This document shows, piece by piece, positions 17,910 to 26,505 of a DNA stretch of 64,000 nt. A program made the translations under genes and the position numbers. Every line of letters begins with the position of its first letter. Position 1 is the first letter of the stretch. This stretch comes from Candidatus Bipolaricaulota bacterium (GTDB taxonomy: Bacteria; Bipolaricaulota; Bipolaricaulia; UBA7950; UBA9294): positions 36,107-100,106 of the forward strand of contig JAUWGE010000002.1 in the NCBI GenBank assembly GCA_030606565.1, read 5' to 3'. The notes under the pieces were generated by a model. That model did no database searches, was not told the DNA's origin, and saw only the letters and a program-made list of their open reading frames with translations.

Positions 17910-18849
17910 ATGATAGCTAGGTTCATCGGGGTGTTTATCCTGCTTTGCGCGGCAATTGCTCTTGTCGGCATGGCGGAGCTCTCTTTGAGCGGAGATTTCT
18001 GGGCCAAGACAACACTAAAGCAGGATAAAATCGAGTTTGACACATCGATTGCCCTCTCCCTAAGCGCCAATAAATCCGAACTTGACTTTACCTGGAAAGG
18101 CGACGAGAACGGATTCTCCTCCTTTAAGACCGTCTTGGAAACAGAGTTATCTAAGGACATCGATGGTCGCGCTGAGGTCTTATTCGATGAGAAGAAGCTA
18201 AAATCCATCAAGCTGAAAGTGTATGACCTTCCGTGCTCGGAAGCCCTCGTTGATATCCAGGCTTGCTTCAAGCACAAAGAAGGCCTCTATCTCCACGAGA
18301 TGAGATTCGACCTTGACGAGCTGACACTTGCCAGACTTCCCGCCTCGCTCGATCTTGTTCACAGAGAAAGAATACCTGCGCGCGAAGCTCACGTTCGATC
18401 GCGAAAATGACAGCATCAGCTTGCAGGGTATCTGGAAGAAGAGAACTCTTTATGAGGGAAAGGCCACTTTGGACCACAATGGTGAAGACTGGTCGGTAAA
18501 GGAGGTGCTGATCTTCAAACCCACTCTTTCGCTCCTTTACCCAGAGAAGGGCACGCTGACCGTAGACGGCGATATCATTGATGACCTCTCGCTCAAGGTC
18601 GCCTGCTATCACACGTTCCTTGAGAGAGGGATCGAAGTGACTAAGCTCGTTTCAACGATAAAGCTGGAGATGGGAGATTTTGACCTCACCTGGAAAGGGA
18701 CGTTCTGTCCTACGGGGACCGCCTTCTGTCTGGGCGACTACGATCTCACCCTGGCCGCCGAGGCCAAGCTTAACGATCTCACACTTAATACTGTGCTCAA
18801 ACTCGATGAGGATGGTTTTGCCAGTTTCGCGGTAAAGCTCTCTCTTTAG
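17910..18849 (+). pseudogene. secreted/lipoprotein-like protein with internal DxTWKG repeat modules, split into two overlapping ORFs (17910..18410 and 18328..18849) by an apparent frameshift
   Basis: A signal-peptide-like N-terminus MIARFIGVFILLCAAIALVG is preceded by an AAGAGG RBS. The motifs ELDFTWKGDENGF, KLTFDRENDSISLQGIWKK and DFDLTWKGTFCP recur across both frames. The two frames overlap at 18328-18410. Confidence 0.5.
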
Positions 18850-19433
18850 TCTTTCGGGGTGATGATCCGATCGATCAGGCCATAGGCAAGCGCCTCGTCA
18901 GGGGACATATAGAAGTCGCGGTCGGTGTCCTTACGGATTTTCTTCACTGTCTGTCCAGTGTGCTCCGCGAAAGCGCCGATTATCTGATTATGCAGACGGA
19001 GCAGTTCATCGGTTTGAATCTTGACATCGGTTGCCGGTCCCTGAGCCCCGCCGAAGGCCTGATGAATGAGAATACGTGAGTTAGGTAGGGCTGAGCGTTT
19101 CCCTTTAGTTCCAGCGGCGAGGAGGAGCGCCGCCATGCTCGCTGCCTGGCCAATGCAGATCGTGGTGACGTCAGACTTCACGTAACGCACGGTGTCATAG
19201 ATGGCGAAGCCGGCAGTAACCGATCCGCCCGGAGAGTTGAGGTACAATTTGATATCCTTCGCCGGGTCCTTCGCCGCCAGGAATAGGATCTGCGCGATAA
19301 CTAGGTTTGCCACCTCGTCATCGATCTGATGGCGCAGAAAGACAATCCGATCCTCCAGCAAACGGGAGTAGATATCATAAGTCCGTTCAGTGTGGCCGGT
19401 GTGATCGATCACAAACGGGATCTGGGCTCTCAT
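18846..19433 (-). CDS. clpP: ATP-dependent Clp protease proteolytic subunit
   Basis: 195 aa. Catalytic Ser context [14 protein letters not shown], and strongly ClpP-like throughout. Confidence 0.9.
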   Translation of the reverse strand: MRAQIPFVIDHTGHTERTYDIYSRLLEDRIVFLRHQIDDEVANLVIAQILFLAAKDPAKDIKLYLNSPGGSVTAGFAIYDTVRYVKSDVTTICIGQAASMAALLLAAGTKGKRSALPNSRILIHQAFGGAQGPATDVKIQTDELLRLHNQIIGAFAEHTGQTVKKIRKDTDRDFYMSPDEALAYGLIDRIITPKD

Positions 19434-20698
19434 TTCTCCTCCTTGGTAAGCTGTGCTTCCTGGTACAGGAGGTCAAGGACGCGCTCGTTCACCCTCTCAG
19501 TGCGATAGTCATCCCAACGCTCCTCGGCCTTGAGGCGAGCGATGAACCGAAGTGGAGCTTCCCCTTTACTTGCTGCCTCCGCAGTAGCGATTCGCTCTAG
19601 TTCTTCATCCTCGACGGCGATCTCCTCCTTCTCGGCGATCTTCTTAAGGAGAAGCTCATGGCGAATCCTGCGGGTTACGATCTCACGGTAGTCGGCCCGC
19701 ACATCTTCCTCGCTCCTCTCGTGTTTGTCGAGATAGTCCTCGAAGGATAGTGGGGAGCGTGGGTGGGAAAGGTTCTTCTTCAGCCGTTCAAACTCTTCTG
19801 CGGCGACCTCTTCCACCAGTGCCTGGGGAAGAGGAATCTCCACCTGATCGATAAGATGATCGAGAAGGTTTACTTTTATTGCACGTTCTCTCTTCGCGAC
19901 ATGGGCCTGCTTTAGCTTCTCCATTACATCTGCCTTCAGGGCAAGCAGGCTCTCAAAGCCCGCGTCCTTAGCCAGTTCATCATCCACTTCCGGAAGGACG
20001 ATCTCCTTTAAGCCTAGGATAGAAAGGGACGTGTGGACGGGTTTACTTCCAGGAAGATCAAGCTCGATTTTAACTGTCTCCCCAATCTTGTGGCCGATCA
20101 ACTTCTCAGTCACTGGGTTTCCCACTTCGGCGCGGGTGTCCCACTCCTCCTCCCCCTCCTGCACGTGGACGATGTCCCCGTCGGTGATGAGCCCTCCTTC
20201 CTTAGAAGAGAGCGTTCCGTACTGACGACGAATCTCCTCCAAGGCCGCCTGCACGCTGTCGTCAGTAATCTCTTTCACTGGCTCTGCTGCTAGCTCAATT
20301 CCCCGGTAGGCTGGAAGGTCAAACTGAGGGAGGACGGAAAAACTCGCCTCGAAGACGAACGGCTCGCTTTCCTCGAAGGAGACAGTCTTTACCTGCGGGG
20401 GCGTGACCGGGTGGAGGCTCAGTTCGGACAGAGCCTTGGGGAGGTGTTCTTCCGTGAGTTCCTTCTGTGCCTCTTCGATGAACTTCTCGCGACCGAAGCG
20501 CGAGTCGAGGAGGCTTCGTGGCACGTGGCCTTTGCGGAAACCGGGGATCTCGACCTCCCGGCCATATCGGCTATAGATCGTATCAATTCCATTCCGCACG
20601 ATCGGTGGCTCCACGGTCACCTGCAGGGTGACCTCGGTGGCCGAGCGTTCCTTGATCTCGTAGTTAATACCGTTGCTTGTCACGAAAAAACCCTCCAT
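19430..20698 (-). CDS. tig: trigger factor
   Basis: 422 aa. Ribosome-binding N-domain, FKBP-type PPIase middle domain (GFRKGHVP) and a C-terminal chaperone domain. tig-clpP synteny. Confidence 0.9.
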   Translation of the reverse strand: MEGFFVTSNGINYEIKERSATEVTLQVTVEPPIVRNGIDTIYSRYGREVEIPGFRKGHVPRSLLDSRFGREKFIEEAQKELTEEHLPKALSELSLHPVTPPQVKTVSFEESEPFVFEASFSVLPQFDLPAYRGIELAAEPVKEITDDSVQAALEEIRRQYGTLSSKEGGLITDGDIVHVQEGEEEWDTRAEVGNPVTEKLIGHKIGETVKIELDLPGSKPVHTSLSILGLKEIVLPEVDDELAKDAGFESLLALKADVMEKLKQAHVAKRERAIKVNLLDHLIDQVEIPLPQALVEEVAAEEFERLKKNLSHPRSPLSFEDYLDKHERSEEDVRADYREIVTRRIRHELLLKKIAEKEEIAVEDEELERIATAEAASKGEAPLRFIARLKAEERWDDYRTERVNERVLDLLYQEAQLTKEEK

Positions 20699-20780
20699 AT
20701 CCTTCTTTCTTTGCTGCCAGAGATTATACGAGTGGACTGACCCTCAAGCAAGACAGTATTGAGAATAGGTCCGGGAGTTC

Positions 20781-21512
20781 TTAAATTCTTGCGATTAGTC
20801 GCCAGTAGTCGCCCAGGAGCCCGTTCCAGATTCCACCCATCAGGCCAAAGAGGGCGTTAAGCCCTCCAAGAAAGATAAATGCAATAAGGATCAGGAACCC
20901 GTACCGTTCGAGGAGGATCATCACCCGTCGTCCTTCCGAGGGAAGGAAGTAGGTGAGGACACGCGACCCGTCGAGCGGTGGGATGGGAATCATGTTGAAG
21001 ACTGCAAGGAGGATGTTGATGATGACGAAGACACCGAGAAGGTAGAAGACGTTATGCACGAGATTGGCGGTGAAGCTTTGGCTGATGGCAGAAACGCGAT
21101 AAAAGGCTCCATTCCTTTCAACCAAACCAAAGAGTGAGTTTGGAACAGCGAGGAGGGCAAGTCGCCCGATCCCAGTGGTAGCCAGGGCTAGAGTGAGGTT
21201 TATCGCTGGTCCTGCGATGGCCACGTAGAGCATTCCCCTAAATGGGTTGCGGAAGTAGTTGGGGTTTATAGGGACAGGTTTTGCCCAACCAAAGAGGAAG
21301 GGAGAGCCCAGAACCACCAGAACAAGCGGTACGAGGACTGTCCCGATCGGATCGATGTGCGCCAGCGGGTTCAGACTCAACCTTCCCCGCGCCTTAGCGG
21401 TGGGGTCGCCAAGGCGGTAAGCGACGTAGCCGTGCGAGACCTCGTGGAGGACAATGGCGGTAAATACGGCAACAAGCGAAAGGATTATCTCCAGGATATG
21501 TGCGATGTTCAT
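20781..21512 (-). CDS. site-2 protease family (peptidase M50) membrane metalloprotease
   Basis: 243 aa polytopic protein with HExxH as HEVSHGYVAYRLGD in the first TM region. Confidence 0.8.
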   Translation of the reverse strand: MNIAHILEIILSLVAVFTAIVLHEVSHGYVAYRLGDPTAKARGRLSLNPLAHIDPIGTVLVPLVLVVLGSPFLFGWAKPVPINPNYFRNPFRGMLYVAIAGPAINLTLALATTGIGRLALLAVPNSLFGLVERNGAFYRVSAISQSFTANLVHNVFYLLGVFVIINILLAVFNMIPIPPLDGSRVLTYFLPSEGRRVMILLERYGFLILIAFIFLGGLNALFGLMGGIWNGLLGDYWRLIARI

Positions 21513-23116
21513 GGCTCCTTCTTCCCCTCGCTTGGATTCACGGTGAGTGTATCCTCCTGGGTGAGTATTACCAGGCCAAGGGGGGCTCCTTTTGGCTTGC
21601 GCACGTACTTAACTGGGGTATAGCTCACCTCGACACGTGTTTCCCCTTTCAACTTCGAGAACCTGGCAGCGAGCAGGGCTGCCTCCTTGATCACGGCCTG
21701 TGGAATCTGTTGCTTCTCGCGATGGCGGATGATGACGTGTGAGCCGGGGACTCCTTTGACGTGCAACCACAGGTCTTCCGGGTGCGCACTCCGCAAGAGC
21801 GCCTCGTTCTGCACGGCGTCCTTTCCCACCTGCACACTGTAGTCGAGGATGGAGAAGATGCGGGGCGCAGTCGGGGGTGAAGTTTTTTTTCGCGTCCTTT
21901 GGGTTGAGACAAGAGAGAGTAGGTTATCACTCAATCCCTCACCGCTCTCGAGGGCCTTAACCCCTTCTCGTAACCGCGCAAGCTCCCTTTCCAACCGGTG
22001 CAGGCGTCGGGTGACAATCGGGTGTCCCCGACGAAGCCGTTTGGCTCGCTCATACAGGGCCTGTGCGTTCTCGATTGGGTTCAACCGTGGGTTGAGTGGA
22101 ATTACGATCTTCTCTTCACTTACTGGGTCAAGGAGGGCCGCCTCGCGCATCCGGCGGGTGAGCGAACTCTGGTGGATCATAATCAGGTCGGCGTGATATC
22201 GAAGTCGCTCCTCAAATTCCGCACCAGCGAGCCACTCCTTGAGCTTCTTCACGGTCCGTTTTCGCTTAGCGATCGCGCGCAAGAGCCCCTCTCGAAACGG
22301 CTTCTGTGCCCCATTACTCTGTGTCACCTCGCGCTTTTCTCCCCACTCTGTGTCGAGCGCGTCGGAGAAACTGGGGTATCTTTTGCCAGGAGGAATGAGC
22401 GGGAAGAACGCGGCCCGATTCGTCGCGAGATCGACCTCTGCTTGCGGGTCCTCCACCCGTTTTAGGAGGAACAACAAACTCTCCAGGATCCCCTCTGTCA
22501 GCGATCCATCGGAGCGAGCCTGTGCTCGCGCGACAATCTCCTCCGCCGTCTTGCGCCCGATTCCGTCGATGCGATGTACCAAGGCACGAACCGGCTCCTC
22601 TTGATCAAAGGCCTCTTCGAGAAGCGCACAATTCATCTTTGGCGGATCGATCTTGTCCTGGGATGAAAGCGGCTGATAGACCTCTCCAGGGGCCACACGA
22701 GGCCCAGTTCGAAGCGCCGCGAGAACTCGGTCGCCCCGCAGGAGGGTCAGGTTCCCGCGCACTCCAAGAAGCTCCACAACCAGGAGGAATGTTTCTTCCT
22801 CCCCCGCCCGACGACGTTCTACCGTCAGGGTGACGACCCGGTCCCACCCCGATTGCTCGATACTAACGATCTTCCCGCCACGCAAGTGTTTCCGCAGGAG
22901 CATCACAAACGGCGAAGGAATCACAGGATAGGGAAGCTCAAGCTGCGTCAGGTGAAAGGCCGCTTCTCTCGGGGAGACAAGGAGGCGGATGGCCCTGCCC
23001 ACAAACAGATGTAGGACAAACGTCCCATGTTCCGGCTGGTAGATAGTCCGAATGACCCCTCCAACGACCGGCTTCTCTATCTCGGTGAGCGAGGCTGCAA
23101 TCGCCAATCCGTCCAT
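21509..23116 (-). CDS. rqcH: RqcH/FbpA (NFACT) family ribosome quality control protein
   Basis: 535 aa. NFACT-N domain (MDGLAIAASLTEIEKPVVGGVIRTIYQPEHGTFVLHLF), coiled-coil middle, and C-terminal DUF814/NFACT-R. Confidence 0.8.
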   Translation of the reverse strand: MDGLAIAASLTEIEKPVVGGVIRTIYQPEHGTFVLHLFVGRAIRLLVSPREAAFHLTQLELPYPVIPSPFVMLLRKHLRGGKIVSIEQSGWDRVVTLTVERRRAGEEETFLLVVELLGVRGNLTLLRGDRVLAALRTGPRVAPGEVYQPLSSQDKIDPPKMNCALLEEAFDQEEPVRALVHRIDGIGRKTAEEIVARAQARSDGSLTEGILESLLFLLKRVEDPQAEVDLATNRAAFFPLIPPGKRYPSFSDALDTEWGEKREVTQSNGAQKPFREGLLRAIAKRKRTVKKLKEWLAGAEFEERLRYHADLIMIHQSSLTRRMREAALLDPVSEEKIVIPLNPRLNPIENAQALYERAKRLRRGHPIVTRRLHRLERELARLREGVKALESGEGLSDNLLSLVSTQRTRKKTSPPTAPRIFSILDYSVQVGKDAVQNEALLRSAHPEDLWLHVKGVPGSHVIIRHREKQQIPQAVIKEAALLAARFSKLKGETRVEVSYTPVKYVRKPKGAPLGLVILTQEDTLTVNPSEGKKEP

Positions 23117-23168
23117 ATCCTCTCCAGTTGATTGATTGAAATAAGACCACTATAATCGCCATTATACC

Positions 23169-23240
<72 letters not shown>

Positions 23241-23570
23241 TTTTACTCTTTACCGTCAGAATCAGCCCTTTGAGGATCCTACGCTTGGCAAAGACAGACT
23301 AACTATCACGCACGTCCTGGAGTAAAGCGCGAATTATCTTACCTATCTCAAGGAAGCAAGTCAGGGCCATCTCCTTTTACCGTTCCTCTTCCTACAACCT
23401 CGGTGGCGTTGGCTCGCCTGATCAAGCCTTCCGGTCCTACGGCCCCACAAAAGTGGTGACCGGCTTCCCTTTCCTTATGGCCAAGTGAGGTTCTCAGTTG
23501 ATTTCTGTAATGGCATGATAAGGTAAACTTGATCGGCTAGGTAAGGATTTTTAAAAAGGGGTGAGGAAAC

Positions 23571-24167
23571 GTGGATGACATTGTGAAAATAGGGATTATC
23601 TCTGCTGTTATGGCAGCCCTGCTTCTGGGTGGCCTTGCACTTAGATACACAACCGTAGCGCCAGAAGTCACAGAGGTCGCAGAAACTACGGAAATAAACG
23701 TGCTTCCTCCAAAGTCGCTTGAGATGTTGGACCCAATCTATTCGGAGAAGGCAGTCTACCAAGACGACACTATCCGCATATCTTTTGACGCCGCTTATAC
23801 GGCTGACGGCGTAGAGAGCAAGCTGCCTTTCTGGCTACACAACGCCTCAGACGATGTCGTTACCGTCTTATGGAACCTTTGCTCAATACAGCTCCCCTGT
23901 GCAAATACGGTCAACATCGTCCATGAAGAGCAGTTAGGTCTATTCGGGCCGCTGGCCTCCCCACCCATCTCGATTGCTCCGGGTGGTGATTTGTTCGACG
24001 CGGTCTTCCCGCTATCAGAGGTTGATTGGATCGACGATAGTTGGTCCGTCTCTTCCGATGTGCTTGATCAGGGACCGTTCTTGTTCGTGTTGGCGTTAGA
24101 AGCCAGTGACCCATGTTGCACTGAACGCCAGATAAAGTATTACACTTTTAGGTTTATTATCAGGTAG
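23571..24167 (+). CDS. hypothetical membrane-anchored/secreted protein (lower-GC islet)
   Basis: 198 aa with an N-terminal hydrophobic anchor IGIISAVMAALLLGGLAL. An RBS-like GGTGAGGAAACGTGGATG lies upstream. No recognisable family. Confidence 0.45.
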   Translation: MDDIVKIGIISAVMAALLLGGLALRYTTVAPEVTEVAETTEINVLPPKSLEMLDPIYSEKAVYQDDTIRISFDAAYTADGVESKLPFWLHNASDDVVTVLWNLCSIQLPCANTVNIVHEEQLGLFGPLASPPISIAPGGDLFDAVFPLSEVDWIDDSWSVSSDVLDQGPFLFVLALEASDPCCTERQIKYYTFRFIIR

Positions 24168-24377
24168 CGACCGTCGTTTAAGGGTTTACTCCAACGTCCA
24201 CATCCTGCTATCGGTGAGAGGGAATTATGAGAGCCTGAACTCTTTTTTAGAAATCATAGACGCGGTTTCGTAAGGCACCTCGCCCTTTTCGTAATGAGCA
24301 AGGGGTTAATTTTGTGCATTTCTTTCTCCTATGCTATAGAATGTACAATGCAATAAAGACCTTAAGGAGGTAACCAC

Positions 24378-24548
24378 ATGGCTAGAAAGGAAATCTTTGA
24401 CAAAATCTCCATCTACATCCCGCAGACAAAGAAGGATCAGAAACCCGTCGAGCGGCTGATTCGCCTGAGTAGGAAACGCGATCGGTCGATCAACTACCTG
24501 GTTGTTGACGCGATCCTTGACTATCTCAAGCGGGAAGAGAAGAAGTAG
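24378..24548 (+). CDS. ribbon-helix-helix (CopG/Arc-like) small DNA-binding protein, 56 aa
   Basis: Not in the ORF track because it is under 60 aa. A strong SD TTAAGGAGGT sits 7 nt before the ATG. The protein reads MARKEIFDKISIYIPQTKKDQKPVERLIRLSRKRDRSINYLVVDAILDYLKREEKK: a beta-strand (ISIYIP) then two helices, the RHH pattern. Confidence 0.5.
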   Translation: MARKEIFDKISIYIPQTKKDQKPVERLIRLSRKRDRSINYLVVDAILDYLKREEKK

Positions 24549-24984
24549 ATCAACTTAAGACACAGCCTTCAAGCTTAAGAAAGCTGATCTACGACGCTGG
24601 CCCTTGTGACGCACCTCCAAGCAAAAGCGATGAACATCGCGGTGTGGTTGGAGTATGGCAAAAGTTTCACATCTTTTACCCGCGCCATGAGCGCTTGGAA
24701 GTTTTTCAAGCTCAGTTTAGAGCCACTCATTAAAGGAATCCCTGGTTCTGGACTCAAATAGCTTGAATTTGAACCTTCCTTAGATTCATGTCACAACCCC
24801 GAGGGATCGAAAAGCGGCGTTTCGACGCTCCACTTAAAAACCCATCGTAGTTCGGCGGAATGTGGCGCAGGCGGTAGCGCATCCTGGTTAAGATCTCCTG
24901 TCCAATTGGATCCAAGAAGTAGCCTTCAGAACGCAAGTGCGGTTGAAATCGTGGCTCTTTGCCCCTAGAATGATCAATAAAGCA

Positions 24985-25069
24985 GGAGGGGTGGGTGAGC
25001 GGTCTAAGCCGCTAGTTTGGAGAACTGGTGTACCTTCGGGTACCGCGGGTTCGAATCCCGCCCCCTCCG
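24985..25069 (+). tRNA. tRNA-Ser (anticodon GGA)
   Basis: GGAGGGGTGGGTGAGCGGTCTAAGCCGCTAGTTTGGAGAACTGG, then a long variable arm TGTACCTTCGGGTACC, then T-arm GCGGGTTCGAATCCCGC and CCCCTCCG. Class II tRNA. Confidence 0.85.
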
Positions 25070-25073
25070 AAAA

Positions 25074-25345
25074 CGCCTGTGCTAGGTGGGGGGCTAGCGG
25101 TCCCCTCCATCCACAACCCGCTATAGTGGAGCCGAAGGGTTCCCAGAGGGGGAAGGCAGTAGGGTCCGTTCTCGGGCAAGCGGTGTTGAGGGTCGAGCCC
25201 TCTGCGGCGCATGTTTGTGAATCCCGTCAGGCCCGGAAGGGAGCAGCGGTAAGCGAGCCTCTGCGGGTGTTAGAGAATAACTTGGCCTGAGCTGGCTGCC
25301 CGTGAAGCGCCTGGTGTCTTCTCACAACGGGACCACGCACAGGCG
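25074..25345 (+). ncRNA. ffs: signal recognition particle RNA, long (Bacillus-type, Alu domain-containing) form
   Basis: Domain IV motif GTCAGGCCCGGAAGGGAGCAGC at ~25228. The 5' Alu-like region CGCCTGTGCTAGGTGGGGGGCTAGCGGTCCCC resembles B. subtilis scRNA. A terminal helix is formed by 5' CGCCTGTGC (25074) pairing with 3' GCACAGGCG (25337-25345). Confidence 0.8.
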
Positions 25346-25474
25346 CAAAAATTATGTGGGACTACTCATCCCAGGAATGGATGACTCTCGTCCTCCTTCT
25401 CTTTACCTCGTGATCTAGCAAAAGCAGTCGTTCGATCGGTGCTCGTTATGCTATCATTCAGTGCGGAGGTGAAT

Positions 25475-26083
25475 ATGCGCACGTTTCTGTGCATCCCGAT
25501 TGACACTCCCCTGCGCGAAGCACTCTCTAACCTCTCCGGGGAACTTCGCTCATTAGTGCGGGTTCAGGCCTCGTGGGTAAAAACAGAGAACTTCCACGTG
25601 ACGCTGCGCTTCCTGGGGGAGATTGATCCCATGCTGACGATCGAGCTTCAGCAGCTCTGCCGCGTAGTCACTAAACGGATCCAACCTTTTAACCTTTCGA
25701 TAGACCGGCTGGGGATGTTTCCTTCACCGGAGCGCCCGCGGGTTCTATGGGCCGGTGGCGAGGCTCCTTCGACCTTCCGCGATCTCGCCTCCTCCCTTAA
25801 CCACGAACTGGTGAGGATCGGCTTTTCCAAAGAACGAAAGGCCACCATCTCACACATTACCCTGGCGAGGATCAAGGGAAGGGCTGACCGGTCGATCGGG
25901 GAGGCAATCCGCTCGCTGGGGAAGCTTCCGGGATGGACCCTGCATGCTGACCGACTCATACTGATGGAGAGCCGCCTCACCGCAGATGGGGCAGCCTATA
26001 CCCCACTGTTTACGCAACGATTTGGTGATGCCGCTGCCTGCGGTACCGACGCGAGTGGGGGTGCAAATGATCATGCCATTTGA
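25475..26083 (+). CDS. thpR: RNA 2',3'-cyclic phosphodiesterase (2H family, ThpR/LigT)
   Basis: Two H-x-T-x motifs, HVTLRFLGE and HITLAR, with correct spacing. The ORF runs from 25439, but MRTFLCIPI at 25475 gives the conserved N-terminus. Confidence 0.8.
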   Translation: MRTFLCIPIDTPLREALSNLSGELRSLVRVQASWVKTENFHVTLRFLGEIDPMLTIELQQLCRVVTKRIQPFNLSIDRLGMFPSPERPRVLWAGGEAPSTFRDLASSLNHELVRIGFSKERKATISHITLARIKGRADRSIGEAIRSLGKLPGWTLHADRLILMESRLTADGAAYTPLFTQRFGDAAACGTDASGGANDHAI

Positions 26084-26495
26084 ATACCTTGACCATACTG
26101 CCGATGTGTGCCTGCGTGGGACCGGGGAGACGGTCGAGGAGGCGTTCTGTGAGGCGGCGCGAGCGCTGTTCAACTTGATGATCGACCTGGAGCAGATCGC
26201 ACCGAAGCGATCACAGCGGGTCTCCTTATTCGCGGAACGACTCGAACTCCTCCTAGTGGAGTGGCTGTCCGAGTTGTTGGTCCAAAAGGACCTCACTGAC
26301 CTTTTCCTATCGAGATTTCATGTTGATATCCGGCAAGGCAAGGATGGGTTCCACCTTGAAGGAGAAGGGTGGGGGGAACCGCTTGATCCGCCCAGGCACC
26401 GCGTGAAGCTTGAGGTCAAAGGGGTAACTTATTCCGGGCTTCACGTCGCTCATAAAGGGAAAATTTGGATTGCCCAGTGTGTAGTCGATATCTGA
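26067..26495 (+). CDS. archease (RtcB activator)
   Basis: MIMPFEYLDHTADVCLRGTGETVEEAF... is the canonical archease N-terminus. The start overlaps the thpR stop by 17 nt. Confidence 0.85.
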   Translation: MIMPFEYLDHTADVCLRGTGETVEEAFCEAARALFNLMIDLEQIAPKRSQRVSLFAERLELLLVEWLSELLVQKDLTDLFLSRFHVDIRQGKDGFHLEGEGWGEPLDPPRHRVKLEVKGVTYSGLHVAHKGKIWIAQCVVDI

Positions 26496-26505
26496 AGGAG
26501 GAACG

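Noticed and set aside
24937-25290. 117-aa ORF in the six-frame track
   Set aside because: It overlaps tRNA-Ser and the SRP RNA exactly. The region is a stable-RNA locus, and the ORF is a GC-rich open-frame artefact.
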